Shown: positions 21,995-31,437 of the stretch, piece by piece
Position numbering within the stretch: position 1 is the first letter of the stretch
Layout of the letters: every line of letters begins with the position of its first letter
Source of the DNA: a virus
Lineage: Duplodnaviria > Caudoviricetes
Length of the DNA: 64,000 bases
IMG/VR virus record: IMGVR_UViG_3300032167_000039
Strand: one strand, 5' to 3'
The notes under the pieces: model-generated
What the model was told of the DNA's origin: nothing
Database searches by the model: none
What the model saw: the letters and a program-made list of their open reading frames with translations, nothing else
Position numbers and translations under genes: made by a program

Positions 21995-22079
21995 TATGGG
22001 ATTGCTTATTTTACTATATTGACTTTTTCTATGGTTTATTATATAATTATAGTATAAAATTGAAAGGAGATTTAAGAAA

Positions 22080-22502
22080 ATGAGTAGAGATACTACAACT
22101 GGATTAAGATTTGAAGAGAAAATTTCAATAAATATGGATGGAATTGATTTAACGAAACATAAGTTATATCAATATCTAAAGAGTAAAGGCATTAATTACA
22201 AAGAGATCATTTCTAAGAAATTATTGCCTGATGAATGTTATTTAGTTAATAATCATTTATATGTTTATGAAAAGAAATTTCAGTGCAGTGCAGGCAGCGC
22301 AGATGAAAAACCTCAAACTTGTGGGTTCAAAATTCAACAATTTAGAAAAATAGCGAAAGCCATGGGCGTAGAAGAAGTTTCATATACATATATTTTTAAT
22401 GATTGGTTTAAAAAGCCAGAATATAAAGACATGTTAGAATATATTCGCTCTATAGATGGGTGCGATTATAAATTTGAGGAGGAGATTATTAATGGCAATT
22501 AA
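22080..22502 (+). CDS. PD-(D/E)xK endonuclease
   Basis: LLPDECYL...YEKKFQ..GSADEK. Confidence 0.65.
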   Translation: MSRDTTTGLRFEEKISINMDGIDLTKHKLYQYLKSKGINYKEIISKKLLPDECYLVNNHLYVYEKKFQCSAGSADEKPQTCGFKIQQFRKIAKAMGVEEVSYTYIFNDWFKKPEYKDMLEYIRSIDGCDYKFEEEIINGN

Positions 22503-23019
22503 CAAAGGATATTTAACTGCAAAAACGGATAAGGCGTCTGATGAAGTGTATACTCCTGCTTATGCAGTAAAGCCAATTTTAAAATATATCAAACCAAATA
22601 GTACGATTTGGTGTCCTTTTGACACGGAAGATAGTGAATATGTAAGAGAGATAGTAGCCGCGGGCCATAAAGTTATTTATTCTCATATTGATAATGGTCA
22701 TAATTTCTTTGAATATGAACCAGAAGATTATGATATGATTATATCAAACCCGCCATTTTCAATTAAGGATGATATTCTTCGTCGGCTAACTGAATTGAAA
22801 AAACCCTATGCAATGCTACTCCCACTTCCAACCCTTCAAGGACAAAAACGGTTTGATTATTTAAAAGGAACGCAGGCACTTATTTTTGACAAAAGAATTA
22901 ACTTTTTTAAAGATTATAAAACAAAAGAAATTCAGAAGGGGATTAGCTTTGCTTCTATCTATATTTGTAAGGATTTTTTACCTAAGGATTTAATTTTTGA
23001 AGAATTAGAGACTAAATAA
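22492..23019 (+). CDS. N6-adenine DNA methyltransferase
   Basis: DEVYTP, IWCPFD, ISNPPFS. Confidence 0.85.
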   Translation: MAINKGYLTAKTDKASDEVYTPAYAVKPILKYIKPNSTIWCPFDTEDSEYVREIVAAGHKVIYSHIDNGHNFFEYEPEDYDMIISNPPFSIKDDILRRLTELKKPYAMLLPLPTLQGQKRFDYLKGTQALIFDKRINFFKDYKTKEIQKGISFASIYICKDFLPKDLIFEELETK

Positions 23020-23193
23020 TTTTAATAAATTCTACCTCTTGACTTTTTTGAATTTCTATGATATAATAATTATAGAATAAAAAAAGAAAAGAGGTAATTT
23101 TATTATGGCAATTATTGGAATGGCGTTGATTTTCGGCGTTATTTATGTTGGTTCACAAATTTTGTTTGATATTTTTTTTGGAGGTAAGAAGTA

Positions 23194-23718
23194 ATGAAAG
23201 TTTTAGTTTGTGTAGATTGTCAAGTTGATTTTACTACCGGAGCTCTTGCAAATCCAGTTGCAGAAGAGAGAATTCCTGCAATTAAGGAGAGAGTTGCCGC
23301 CGCGCGAGAAAATCATGAAATGGTAATCTTTACTCAGGACACACATATGGAAAATTATATGGATACTCTTGAGGGCGAGAAGCTTCCTGTTGAACATTGT
23401 ATTTACCAGACAGAAGGCTGGGAGATTGTTGAGGAACTAAGAGATGAGGCAGCACTTTGCGTCCTGAAGCCTACTTTTGGCTCTTTCGATTTGATTGATA
23501 GGGTTGTTGCATTTCGTAATGCATTTAATGAAGATGTGGAGATTGAGCTATGTGGTTTTGTGACAAGTATTTGTGTTTTAGCAAATGCTGTTTTACTTAG
23601 AGCCGCGATGCCAGATGCTAAAATTATTGTTAATTCTAAATTGTGTGCGGATGTATCTAAAGAAAAGCACGAAGCTGCTTTAGAAGTTTTAAGATCTCAG
23701 CAGATTGATGTTATATGA
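23194..23718 (+). CDS. pncA: Nicotinamidase/isochorismatase-family hydrolase
   Basis: VDCQVDF, TQDTH, HC, K, SICV motifs. Confidence 0.75.
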   Translation: MKVLVCVDCQVDFTTGALANPVAEERIPAIKERVAAARENHEMVIFTQDTHMENYMDTLEGEKLPVEHCIYQTEGWEIVEELRDEAALCVLKPTFGSFDLIDRVVAFRNAFNEDVEIELCGFVTSICVLANAVLLRAAMPDAKIIVNSKLCADVSKEKHEAALEVLRSQQIDVI

Positions 23719-24422
23719 GTAAATTAATTGATCTAACTGGACAAAGATTTGGAGATTTAGTTGTTCTTGAAAGGGACATTAATAAACCAAAAGGTCGTGC
23801 ATATTGGATATGTCAGTGTGATTGTGGGAAAATTATTAGTACTCTTGGAACTCATTTACGACAAGGTAATTCAAAAAGTTGTGGTTGTAAAAGGAATTTT
23901 AAGGATTTAACTGGACAAAAATTTGGAAAATTAATTGTAATGGAATTATCAAAAAATAGAGATAAAGATAATTGTCATAAATGGATTTGCAAGTGCGAAT
24001 GTGGAGCTATAAAAGAGATTAGTCAACATGATTTGAGAAGAGGTGTGTCTTCTTGTGGGTGTGTAAGATCAAAAGGAGAGGAAAGAATTTCTCAACTATT
24101 AACAGAAATGAATATTCTTTTTAAAAGAGAATATTATATTAATGGATTTAAATTAACAACTGGAGGAGTACCTCATTTTGATTTCGCACTCTTTAATGAT
24201 AAAAATGACTTGATTTGTTTTATTGAGTATCATGGAGAACAGCATTATCAGGCACGAGGAAATATATTTACAGAAGAAAAAGTACAAATTATAAAAAAGA
24301 GGGATAAAGAAAAAGAGGAATACTGTATTTTAAATAATGTTCCTCTAAAAATAATTCCATATACAGATTTTAAACAATTAAATTGTGAATATTTAATGAG
24401 AATTTTAGCTGATGTAATTTGA
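23715..24422 (+). CDS. Homing-type endonuclease (DLTG..CxC..SCGC repeats + Vsr/DUF559-like nuclease)
   Basis: 2 repeats; FDFA..IEYHGEQHY..D..K..YC. Confidence 0.8.
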   Translation: MSKLIDLTGQRFGDLVVLERDINKPKGRAYWICQCDCGKIISTLGTHLRQGNSKSCGCKRNFKDLTGQKFGKLIVMELSKNRDKDNCHKWICKCECGAIKEISQHDLRRGVSSCGCVRSKGEERISQLLTEMNILFKREYYINGFKLTTGGVPHFDFALFNDKNDLICFIEYHGEQHYQARGNIFTEEKVQIIKKRDKEKEEYCILNNVPLKIIPYTDFKQLNCEYLMRILADVI

Positions 24423-24435
24423 AAGGAGGAGTATT

Positions 24436-24672
24436 ATGTTTTTGAAGTTTTCAAATGGACAGTATATTCGTTCAAGATATATTGAATCTTTTAATTTTTA
24501 TGAACGAGGAGATATTGATAAGAAGACGAAGCATATTCATATTAAAACTTATAGCGGCACAATGTTTCGTTTTTCTTATTGTGGGAAAAATGATAATTTA
24601 AATGAAGTCGATTACGAAAGTGATAAAGCAATGCTTGAAGATCTTGCTGAAGATAGAATGAAGGAGGATTAA
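24436..24672 (+). CDS. Hypothetical protein
   Basis: ORF with SD. Confidence 0.55.
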   Translation: MFLKFSNGQYIRSRYIESFNFYERGDIDKKTKHIHIKTYSGTMFRFSYCGKNDNLNEVDYESDKAMLEDLAEDRMKED

Positions 24673-24673
24673 T

Positions 24674-24922
24674 ATGAGAAATAAGATTAACTTGGTAACT
24701 ATGACTGATATTACTGAATTTGTAAGAATTTGCGAAAGTATTGAAGGACGAGTAGAACTCTTTTGTGGCAAGAAGGGGTATCGTGTAAATGCTCGTTCTA
24801 TGCTTGGCTGTCTTGCCGCTCTTGAATTTGATGAAATGTGGGTAGATTCTGATAAGGATATCTATGACCAGATTGAAAAGTTTATTGTAATAGGCGAAGA
24901 TGGCAACTATATCCATGAATAA
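24674..24922 (+). CDS. HPr-like protein
   Basis: VNARSMLG (Ser46 motif); no His15 motif. Confidence 0.7.
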   Translation: MRNKINLVTMTDITEFVRICESIEGRVELFCGKKGYRVNARSMLGCLAALEFDEMWVDSDKDIYDQIEKFIVIGEDGNYIHE

Positions 24923-24969
24923 GAATTTTGGCGGCGAGCAATCGTCGCCTAATCGTGTTGGAGGTATTT

Positions 24970-25383
24970 ATGCATAAAGTATCTTTGGAGGAAGTGAGAC
25001 ATCTCTGTAGAGAAGTTATTACTGGAATGAGAATTAAAGAAAAGGATGAGAGATATAGTGATAGCCTTAATTTTTATCTTACCAACGATTTTTTCTTTGA
25101 AGAATGCTGGAATCTTGATATGACTCTTTCCGCACTGATTTTATTAAGACTTATCTATTTTAGAGATAATCATTCTGGCGCACCAAGTTGTCTTTTTGAA
25201 TATGATGAATTTGATCATATTAAAGAAGAAGATGGCTTTAAAAAATGGAATGAGATTCTTGATAAAATGATATGGGCATTTTATCTTTATATCAAAGAAG
25301 AAGACTATAACGAAGAAAATGGCAGGCAAATTGATGAAGGACTGGAGCTTTTTGCAAAATATTTTAGAGATCTATGGGACTAA
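24970..25383 (+). CDS. Conserved phage hypothetical protein
   Basis: WNLD..WNEILDKMIWAF..GLELFAKYFRDLWD. Confidence 0.65.
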   Translation: MHKVSLEEVRHLCREVITGMRIKEKDERYSDSLNFYLTNDFFFEECWNLDMTLSALILLRLIYFRDNHSGAPSCLFEYDEFDHIKEEDGFKKWNEILDKMIWAFYLYIKEEDYNEENGRQIDEGLELFAKYFRDLWD

Positions 25384-25395
25384 GGAGGTATTATA

Positions 25396-25665
25396 ATGGG
25401 ATTAGATACTATTAATCTTAGTATGAAATCAAAAGGTCTTATGTTCATTTCTTATTATGAGAAAAATGAAGATAAGATGATTAAAGTTGATGAGGTAATT
25501 ACAAAATGTAAGAGAAAGGATTTGGAGAACTCAATCGCTGGAACGAAAGTTTCTGTAGAATATGTTATTGCACGCCCTGAGAGGTTTCAATTAAATACTC
25601 TTTATGTCTTAAGAACGCCGCCCGGACGTCCAGATTATATTTATCTGCATGCTATCAAGGATTAA
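25396..25665 (+). CDS. Hypothetical protein
   Basis: AGGAGGT SD. Confidence 0.55.
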   Translation: MGLDTINLSMKSKGLMFISYYEKNEDKMIKVDEVITKCKRKDLENSIAGTKVSVEYVIARPERFQLNTLYVLRTPPGRPDYIYLHAIKD

Positions 25666-25705
25666 CCTAAAATTTTAGAGAATAATTAAATAAAAAATAC
25701 TTTAT

Positions 25706-25792
25706 AGTAGAAGAAATAGATAGGAAGTCATGAGCCTATTGACAAGCATCCTCTCCATGCTTTTCTTCTACTTTTATTTATATAGGAGAGAA
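25706..25792 (+). promoter_or_regulatory. Structured leader upstream of an endonuclease gene
   Basis: agtagaagaaa/tttcttctact stem, inner atagg/cctat hairpin, loop cctctcc complementary to downstream ggagag. Confidence 0.55.
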
Positions 25793-25818
25793 AATATAAA
25801 CAGGAAGGTGTTTATTAT

Positions 25819-26748
25819 ATGGGAAGATTAATTGATTTAACTGGGCAGAAATTTGGAAGATTAACTGTATTGGAAAGAGACTTAAGTAGAAAAGGAGCGT
25901 ATTGGATTTGTCGATGTGATTGTGGCAATATTAAGAGCATCTTGGGACAACATCTTAGGTCTAAGCATACACAGTCTTGTGGATGTCTACAAAAAGAGCG
26001 AACTTCTGAAGCAAATCTAAAAAATTTAGTGGGAGAACGTTTTGGAAAGCTAATAGTATTAAAAATTGATGATTCAAAAAAGGGGAATCAAGGTCAACTT
26101 TATTGGATTTGTCAGTGCGACTGTGGAAAAATAAAAAGTATATTAGGTACTGCATTGAAAAATGGAGATACAATTAGTTGTGGATGTTCACAAGAAGCAC
26201 ACAGACGAGCATTAATGGAAGAGTATGACTTATCTGGACAAACCTTTGGAAAACTAATTGTGGTAGAAAGAGATGAAATAGTATCAGGGGAAAGAAAGAG
26301 AGCACATTATTTATGTCAATGTGAATGTGGGAATGCTGTTATTGTAAGTGGGCAACATTTACGCAGTGGACATACTACCTCATGCGGTTGTAGTCTTTCA
26401 AAAGGAGAGTTAAAAATAATCGAAATACTTAAAAATCAAAAAATTAGTTTTAAAACACAATTTTCTTTTGATAATCTGAAAGGAGATAATAAAAAATTGC
26501 GTTTTGATTTTGCGATTATAAAAGATAAAGAATTAATATGTTTGATTGAGTATCAAGGCAAACAGCATTATAATAATTTAGATTTTTTTGGTGGAGAAAG
26601 TGCTTTAAAAAAACAGAAAAGATATGATGATTTAAAAAGAGAATATTGCAAAAATAATAATATTAAGTTAATTGAAATCCCATATTGGGATTATAATAAG
26701 ATAAATGCAGAATATCTGCTACAAAAAATTTTTGAGAGGGGTGAATAG
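25819..26748 (+). CDS. Homing-type endonuclease (3 repeats + Vsr/DUF559-like nuclease)
   Basis: Paralogue of 23715. Confidence 0.8.
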   Translation: MGRLIDLTGQKFGRLTVLERDLSRKGAYWICRCDCGNIKSILGQHLRSKHTQSCGCLQKERTSEANLKNLVGERFGKLIVLKIDDSKKGNQGQLYWICQCDCGKIKSILGTALKNGDTISCGCSQEAHRRALMEEYDLSGQTFGKLIVVERDEIVSGERKRAHYLCQCECGNAVIVSGQHLRSGHTTSCGCSLSKGELKIIEILKNQKISFKTQFSFDNLKGDNKKLRFDFAIIKDKELICLIEYQGKQHYNNLDFFGGESALKKQKRYDDLKREYCKNNNIKLIEIPYWDYNKINAEYLLQKIFERGE

Positions 26749-26813
26749 AAGTGCCGCAAAGTGACTTAGTACAAAATTCCGAATTGGCAAGAAGACCTTG
26801 TGGAGGTGATAAT

Positions 26814-27254
26814 ATGGCAAATACAAACAACAATACAAATTGTTCTTGTGGGTGTGGCGAAAATACTTATCCCGGATATTGGATGCCGCCGAATTGTCCT
26901 CCACCGCCTTATCCTGAATATCCTTATCCTTGTCCACCGGTTAACACTGGAACAAGCTCTACTGAAGCACAGATTGCTAAACTTGCAAAGAAGAGTTCTG
27001 TAATTAGAAAAATGATTTCAAATCTTACACAAAAAAATAAATCTATTGTGATTTCGATAGGCCAAGGAGCGACATATAATTTTGGATGTTATTTAGACGG
27101 TGAAGGCACAGAAACTGAATATGGCACAGCGATTCTTGAAATTCTGCAAGCTGAGTTAGACGCTATTAAAGTAAAAATCACAGAATTGACTGCCGACCTT
27201 GAAGCCGAGACAGAAACTACTGGCGGAATAGAAGGCACCGTTACTTCTCCTTAA
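26814..27254 (+). CDS. Pro/Cys-rich hypothetical protein
   Basis: GGAGGTG SD. Confidence 0.6.
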   Translation: MANTNNNTNCSCGCGENTYPGYWMPPNCPPPPYPEYPYPCPPVNTGTSSTEAQIAKLAKKSSVIRKMISNLTQKNKSIVISIGQGATYNFGCYLDGEGTETEYGTAILEILQAELDAIKVKITELTADLEAETETTGGIEGTVTSP

Positions 27255-27308
27255 TTTTTTGAGAGGGCGGCAATAGTCGCCCTTGATTTTTTTATTGGAG
27301 GAATTATT

Positions 27309-27545
27309 TTGGATAGTTTACTTATTATTATCTCTATAATTGCGTTAATCCTTTCTTTAACAGGAAATATAATGGTTAATTTTAAAAAGAGAAGCGGTTT
27401 TATTGTATGGGGAGTTAGTAATATTGCTTGGATTGTGGTGAATTTAATCGGCCCAATTAACGTGCCACAGATTATTATGTATTTAGTGTATATGGGTTTA
27501 AATACTCATGGTTTTATTTTATGGCGGCCTAAAGATAAGAAGTAA
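27309..27545 (+). CDS. PnuC-like small membrane transporter
   Basis: Three TM segments, GFIVWGVSNIAWI..GFILW. Confidence 0.6.
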   Translation: MDSLLIIISIIALILSLTGNIMVNFKKRSGFIVWGVSNIAWIVVNLIGPINVPQIIMYLVYMGLNTHGFILWRPKDKK

Positions 27546-27608
27546 GTTGACTTTTTTCATGGATTGTGTTATAATTATATTATAAAATAAAGAAAGGCGG
27601 ATTAAATT

Positions 27609-27911
27609 ATGTTTAAAATTCCTAATGTTACAGAGGCAAATGAAATGACAAAGAATATGACTCGGGCGCAGATTATGGCATTTCATTATGTATCGAATTA
27701 TATTATTCAAAAAAGAACATATGATAAAAATGAAGCAATTGAATGGCGAAGAGCGAAAGACATTGAACCATCTTATTTAGTTGATCTTGAAAGAGAATTA
27801 AATTCTCTTGGATTTAAAATGACTGTAGACTACGATATCAAAAAATATGGAAATGATCATGAAAATCATATTTATATGAAAATTAAGGTCTTTCCCGCTG
27901 AAAATACCTAA
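27609..27911 (+). CDS. Hypothetical protein
   Basis: Promoter + SD. Confidence 0.55.
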   Translation: MFKIPNVTEANEMTKNMTRAQIMAFHYVSNYIIQKRTYDKNEAIEWRRAKDIEPSYLVDLERELNSLGFKMTVDYDIKKYGNDHENHIYMKIKVFPAENT

Positions 27912-27985
27912 TAAAATGCTGTGACTTGACATTTTTCTTAAAATATGATACAATTATATTGTAAGATTAAGAAAGGGGAATTTAA

Positions 27986-28189
27986 ATGAAACAAATCTAT
28001 ATTGTTCTTGAACATTATAAAGAACATCATTATGGCGATGTTCATGATCAGACTTATGCAGATGGTGTTTTTGAAAGTATTGAAGACGCAAAAGCTTATA
28101 TTAAGAGCAGACGCTTTCCTGACAATTATGAACTTGTTGATTGGGTAGATTACTATGAATCTGGAGCAAGGGAGAGATTTGGATGGTAA
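27986..28189 (+). CDS. Hypothetical protein
   Basis: Promoter + SD. Confidence 0.55.
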   Translation: MKQIYIVLEHYKEHHYGDVHDQTYADGVFESIEDAKAYIKSRRFPDNYELVDWVDYYESGARERFGW

Positions 28190-28422
28190 TTACAGTACAA
28201 TTTAAAGACCGCAATAAGAATTTTCGAGGAAGAACCTATGACTATCTTCTCCATAAGGAAGAGGATATTCCAAAGAATGGCGATATTATTCGCATGATGG
28301 ATGAAAGCTACGGTTATTTATATCACGGCACAAGAGTTAAGGTAATTAGCCTTCGTCATTCTGTGCCTTCAGATAAAGAAAAACTTTCGGTTATCCGCTA
28401 TGTGGCGGCGACCCTTGATTAA
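28183..28422 (+). CDS. Hypothetical protein
   Basis: Coupled ORF; resembles the N-terminus of ORF 42000. Confidence 0.55.
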   Translation: MVITVQFKDRNKNFRGRTYDYLLHKEEDIPKNGDIIRMMDESYGYLYHGTRVKVISLRHSVPSDKEKLSVIRYVAATLD

Positions 28423-28720
28423 GGAGGAATTAAAATGGAAGAGATTTTTGAGCTTGTATGTCAGGAATGTAGCAAGACTTTTGAAAGCACAGATGTAAAT
28501 GCAGAAATTTGCGAAGATTGCTGGGAAAAGCTTGTAGGCGCAGAACTTGAAAATGAAGGTGAGTAACCCACCCACTTGACTTTTCTTTCAAAGTATGATA
28601 TAATAAATTATAGAATTAAAAAGGAAGTTTGATTAAGACCTTCTTCCTTTATAAACAAGACTTTCTGTCAAAAGATGGAGAGGAATTAAATCACCATTGT
28701 CCTCCAGCTTTGGTGATTAT

Positions 28721-28787
28721 GAGGGATAAAGTTAGAGCCTCCACGTGGTGTCCCTTGGTAATGGTTGATAACCAGCAGAATTCTAAC
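28721..28787 (+). ncRNA. HDV-like self-cleaving ribozyme
   Basis: P1 gagggat/gtccctt (G1.U), P2 gttaga/tctaac, P3 gcc/ggt, L3 tccacgt, P1.1 gg, P4 tggtt/aacca, J4/2 gCagaa. Confidence 0.85.
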
Positions 28788-29115
28788 GATTTAGTAGGTT
28801 GACAAATTTTCAGAAATATGATATAATTATATTAATGAAAGTGAGAAATTATTATGCTTGAATTTGCTTATTTCGTAGTGAAATGTGAAATGTGGTATGG
28901 CAGTATTGATTATTAAATATATCGCTGAAACGATTCAAGTTTTCGGTGGCGGATGCAAAGCAAGTGAAAATTCTTTACTTAGACAATATATTCGATCCAG
29001 ACTTTCTGCCAAGGAATCTTGGAACAAAGAAAAACTACAATAAGATGGAAAGATTGAGATAGTTGACAAAAATCACGAAATGTGATATAATATTTATAGA
29101 AAGTTAAAAATAGAT

Positions 29116-29191
29116 TGGAATGTCGGCAAGTGGCTAAGCCAGCAGGTTTTGATCCTGCCATTCGGGGGTTCGAATCCCTCCATTCCAACCA
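29116..29191 (+). tRNA. tRNA-Gln(UUG)
   Basis: Cloverleaf, CCA. Confidence 0.92.
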
Positions 29192-29229
29192 ACCAACCAA
29201 CTATTAATTACTTATTAAAGGTGATATTA

Positions 29230-29637
29230 ATGCAGACAAAAATTTGTACAAAATGTGGAAAGGAATATTCAATTGAAGAGTTTAATTGGAGAGATAAGAA
29301 AAAAGGAAGTCGCAGATCTGAATGTAAATATTGTCATTCTAAATATATGAGAGATAAATATGCACAGAAACAAAAGATAGTACAAGAATTGAAAAAAGAT
29401 TCTTATTGTGCGAAGTGCGGTGATACAAGAGAATATATCTTAGATTATCATCATATTGACCCTTCTATAAAAGAAAATACAGTAGCGAGATTGGTTAGTA
29501 ATTCATATGGTATGGATAAAGTTTTAGCTGAAATTGATAAGTGTATTTTACTTTGTGCAAATTGCCATAGAGAATTCCATTATTTTAATAAGGAGAAGAA
29601 TATTTCTTTAGAAGATTATTTAAAACAACTCACTTGA
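29230..29637 (+). CDS. HNH endonuclease
   Basis: CxxC pairs, LDYHHIDP..CILLCANCHREFH. Confidence 0.85.
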   Translation: MQTKICTKCGKEYSIEEFNWRDKKKGSRRSECKYCHSKYMRDKYAQKQKIVQELKKDSYCAKCGDTREYILDYHHIDPSIKENTVARLVSNSYGMDKVLAEIDKCILLCANCHREFHYFNKEKNISLEDYLKQLT

Positions 29638-29683
29638 CAAAAATCACGAAATGTGATATAATATTTATAGTGAGTTAAGAAAT

Positions 29684-29759
29684 GCGGGCGTAACTCAGTT
29701 GGTAGAGTATCGTCTTGATAAGGCGGAAGTCACAGGTTCAATCCCTGTCGCCCGTACCA
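29684..29759 (+). tRNA. tRNA-Ile(GAU)
   Basis: Cloverleaf, CCA. Confidence 0.92.
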
Positions 29760-29818
29760 TACTCTATTTGTTAGGTCTCTTAGGACACCAAGACCGGTGT
29801 CGGCAGATAGGGTAACCA
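29760..29818 (+). ncRNA. Small ACCA-ended pseudoknotted hairpin RNA
   Basis: 13-bp closing stem + ACCA; gacacc/ggtgtc hairpin whose loop aagacc pairs with ggtct. Confidence 0.5.
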
Positions 29819-29821
29819 AAT

Positions 29822-29898
29822 GCCGCGGTAGCTCAGTTGGTAGTAGCAGAGGACTGAAAATCCTCGTGTCGGCAGTTCGATTCTGCCCCGCGGCACCA
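29822..29898 (+). tRNA. tRNA-Phe(GAA)
   Basis: Cloverleaf, CCA. Confidence 0.93.
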
Positions 29899-29955
29899 AT
29901 AAAATCTTTGGCTCGGCGGTAGCCATTGATACCGCCACAACCTCTTTCTGAAGAT

Positions 29956-30033
29956 GCAGGTGTAGCATAATTGGTGAATGCACTCCCCTTATAAGAGAGC
30001 GATTGCTGAGTTCGAATCTCGCCACCTGTACCA
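29956..30033 (+). tRNA. tRNA-Ile(UAU)
   Basis: Loop CTTATAA, CCA. Confidence 0.85.
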
Positions 30034-30035
30034 TA

Positions 30036-30171
30036 AAGACATTAATAGCAAAGAACGGTCAGTAAAACCGCCGACGAAAGTCTACGCTAGTTCGAATCCA
30101 TGCCTTCCTCACCATTATATGAGGAAGTAGTCAAGTGGTTAAAGACAGCGGTCCGAACTAATAATGTCTTG
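30036..30171 (+). ncRNA. Y-like cassette 1: permuted tRNA-Tyr
   Basis: aagacatta/taatgtctt stem; GTA loop, variable arm, T arm, cttcctcACCA, linker, gaggaag, D arm, gcggtc. Confidence 0.85.
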
Positions 30172-30235
30172 AGTAATTAACCCACTTGACTTTTTATAAA
30201 AATTATGTTATAATATTTATAGAGAGTTGAGAAAT

Positions 30236-30310
30236 GCACCCATAGTTTAGTTGGAAAAACGGTAGATTTGTAATCTTCTGTCCCCTGTTCGAGTCAGGGT
30301 GGGTGCTCCA
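30236..30310 (+). tRNA. tRNA-Thr(UGU)
   Basis: Cloverleaf, CCA. Confidence 0.9.
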
Positions 30311-30375
30311 AAATTTCGCCAAGAAAACTTACCACGAAGAAGTTTAAATGGTTTATAATCGTGGAACCTCTTTCT

Positions 30376-30451
30376 GCGCCCGTAACTCAGTTGGTAGAGT
30401 ATCACACTTTTAATGTGAGAGTCACGAGTTCGAGCCTCGTCGGGCGCACCA
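30376..30451 (+). tRNA. tRNA-Lys(UUU)
   Basis: Cloverleaf, CCA. Confidence 0.93.
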
Positions 30452-30458
30452 TTTAAAT

Positions 30459-30534
30459 GCATCTTTAGCTTAGTTGGTAAAGCAACTGACTCTTAATCAG
30501 AAGACCATAGGTTCAAATCCTGTAAGATGCACCA
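30459..30534 (+). tRNA. tRNA-Lys(CUU)
   Basis: Cloverleaf, CCA. Confidence 0.92.
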
Positions 30535-30617
30535 GTCGAAAGGCGATATGAAAAGGATGGCGAGTGTTGGAGTAAGAAACAACCTCAACCCTGTCAACTT
30601 GGGTTAAAGTTGAATAT

Positions 30618-30712
30618 GGTGATGTGGGTGAGTCAGGCTTAAACCAGCAGATTGCTAATCTGTCGTCCGTCTTTATGGCGGACCGAAGGTTCGAATCCTT
30701 CCATCACCGCCA
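30618..30712 (+). tRNA. tRNA-Ser(GCU)
   Basis: Long variable arm, GCCA. Confidence 0.93.
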
Positions 30713-30713
30713 T

Positions 30714-30776
30714 AAGGCACATACAGCAAAATCTTAAGGAATAGTATTTTAAGCTGTGAATCTAAAGAGTGTCTTG
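30714..30776 (+). ncRNA. Y-like cassette 2: His-like anticodon hairpin
   Basis: aaggcac-atacagcaa...gtgtcttg; loop CTGTGAA. Confidence 0.7.
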
Positions 30777-30829
30777 ACTTTTTAAGAATTTTATGTTATA
30801 ATTATTACATAAAATTAAATATTAAACAT

Positions 30830-30902
30830 GGCGGGCTAGAGAAACGGTATCTCACCACCCTCATAAGGTGGAAATAAGTGGTTCGACTCCACTGCTCCGC
30901 AA
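30830..30902 (+). tRNA. tRNA (CAU) without encoded CCA
   Basis: ccacc-ctcataa-ggtgg, T arm; ends GCAA directly before a ribozyme. Confidence 0.8.
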
Positions 30903-30997
30903 CAGCATTTTCTTTACAAACCTCCACGTGGTAATGCTGGGGCAACGACACAATGGACGTGGGCTAGACACGACTCCACAGTGCGGCGAATGTAAAG
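30903..30997 (+). ncRNA. tRNA-adjacent HDV-like (theta-type position) ribozyme
   Basis: P1 cagcatt/aatgctg, P2 ctttaca/tgtaaag, P3 acc/ggt, L3 tccacgt, J4/2 ggCgaa. Confidence 0.85.
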
Positions 30998-31187
30998 CGT
31001 AATCTTTTCTACGATACAGAAAAGTGACTTCTGAGACTAACTAAGAAGGACTCATGGTTCAATAGGAGCTTAAAAATATAATCTTAGCGGAGACGGTTAC
31101 AATATTTCTGAGTCACGAAACGACAGGAAAGAAAATTAAAGATAGCTATCGGGTCGGTACACCTTGCTGCGGCAGAAGATACTACAT

Positions 31188-31262
31188 ACGGGTTTAGTTT
31201 AATGAAAAATGCCGACCTCCAAAGTCGTAAGATGATGGGTTCAAGTCCCTCAGCCCGTGCCA
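31188..31262 (+). tRNA. tRNA-Trp(CCA)
   Basis: Loop CTCCAAA, GCCA end. Confidence 0.85.
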
Positions 31263-31283
31263 AATACTTTGATAAAGTAATAT

Positions 31284-31362
31284 CGCCTCGTAGTTCAATT
31301 TTGGCTAGAGCATCGGATTGTCTCTCCGAAAGTTGTGGGTTCGAATCCCATCGGGGTGGCCA
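31284..31362 (+). tRNA. tRNA-Asp(GUC)
   Basis: tcgga-ttgtctc-tccga, GCCA end. Confidence 0.85.
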
Positions 31363-31437
31363 TAGGTTGTTTATTTCTCAATATTAGATTGAAGGGGTTC
31401 TCCAACCTTCGTAAAAAGAAGAACACATACATATATT

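Noticed and set aside
31020-31125. Hammerhead ribozyme
   Set aside because: CTGA and GAAA are present, but there is no CTGANGA core with three consistent stems
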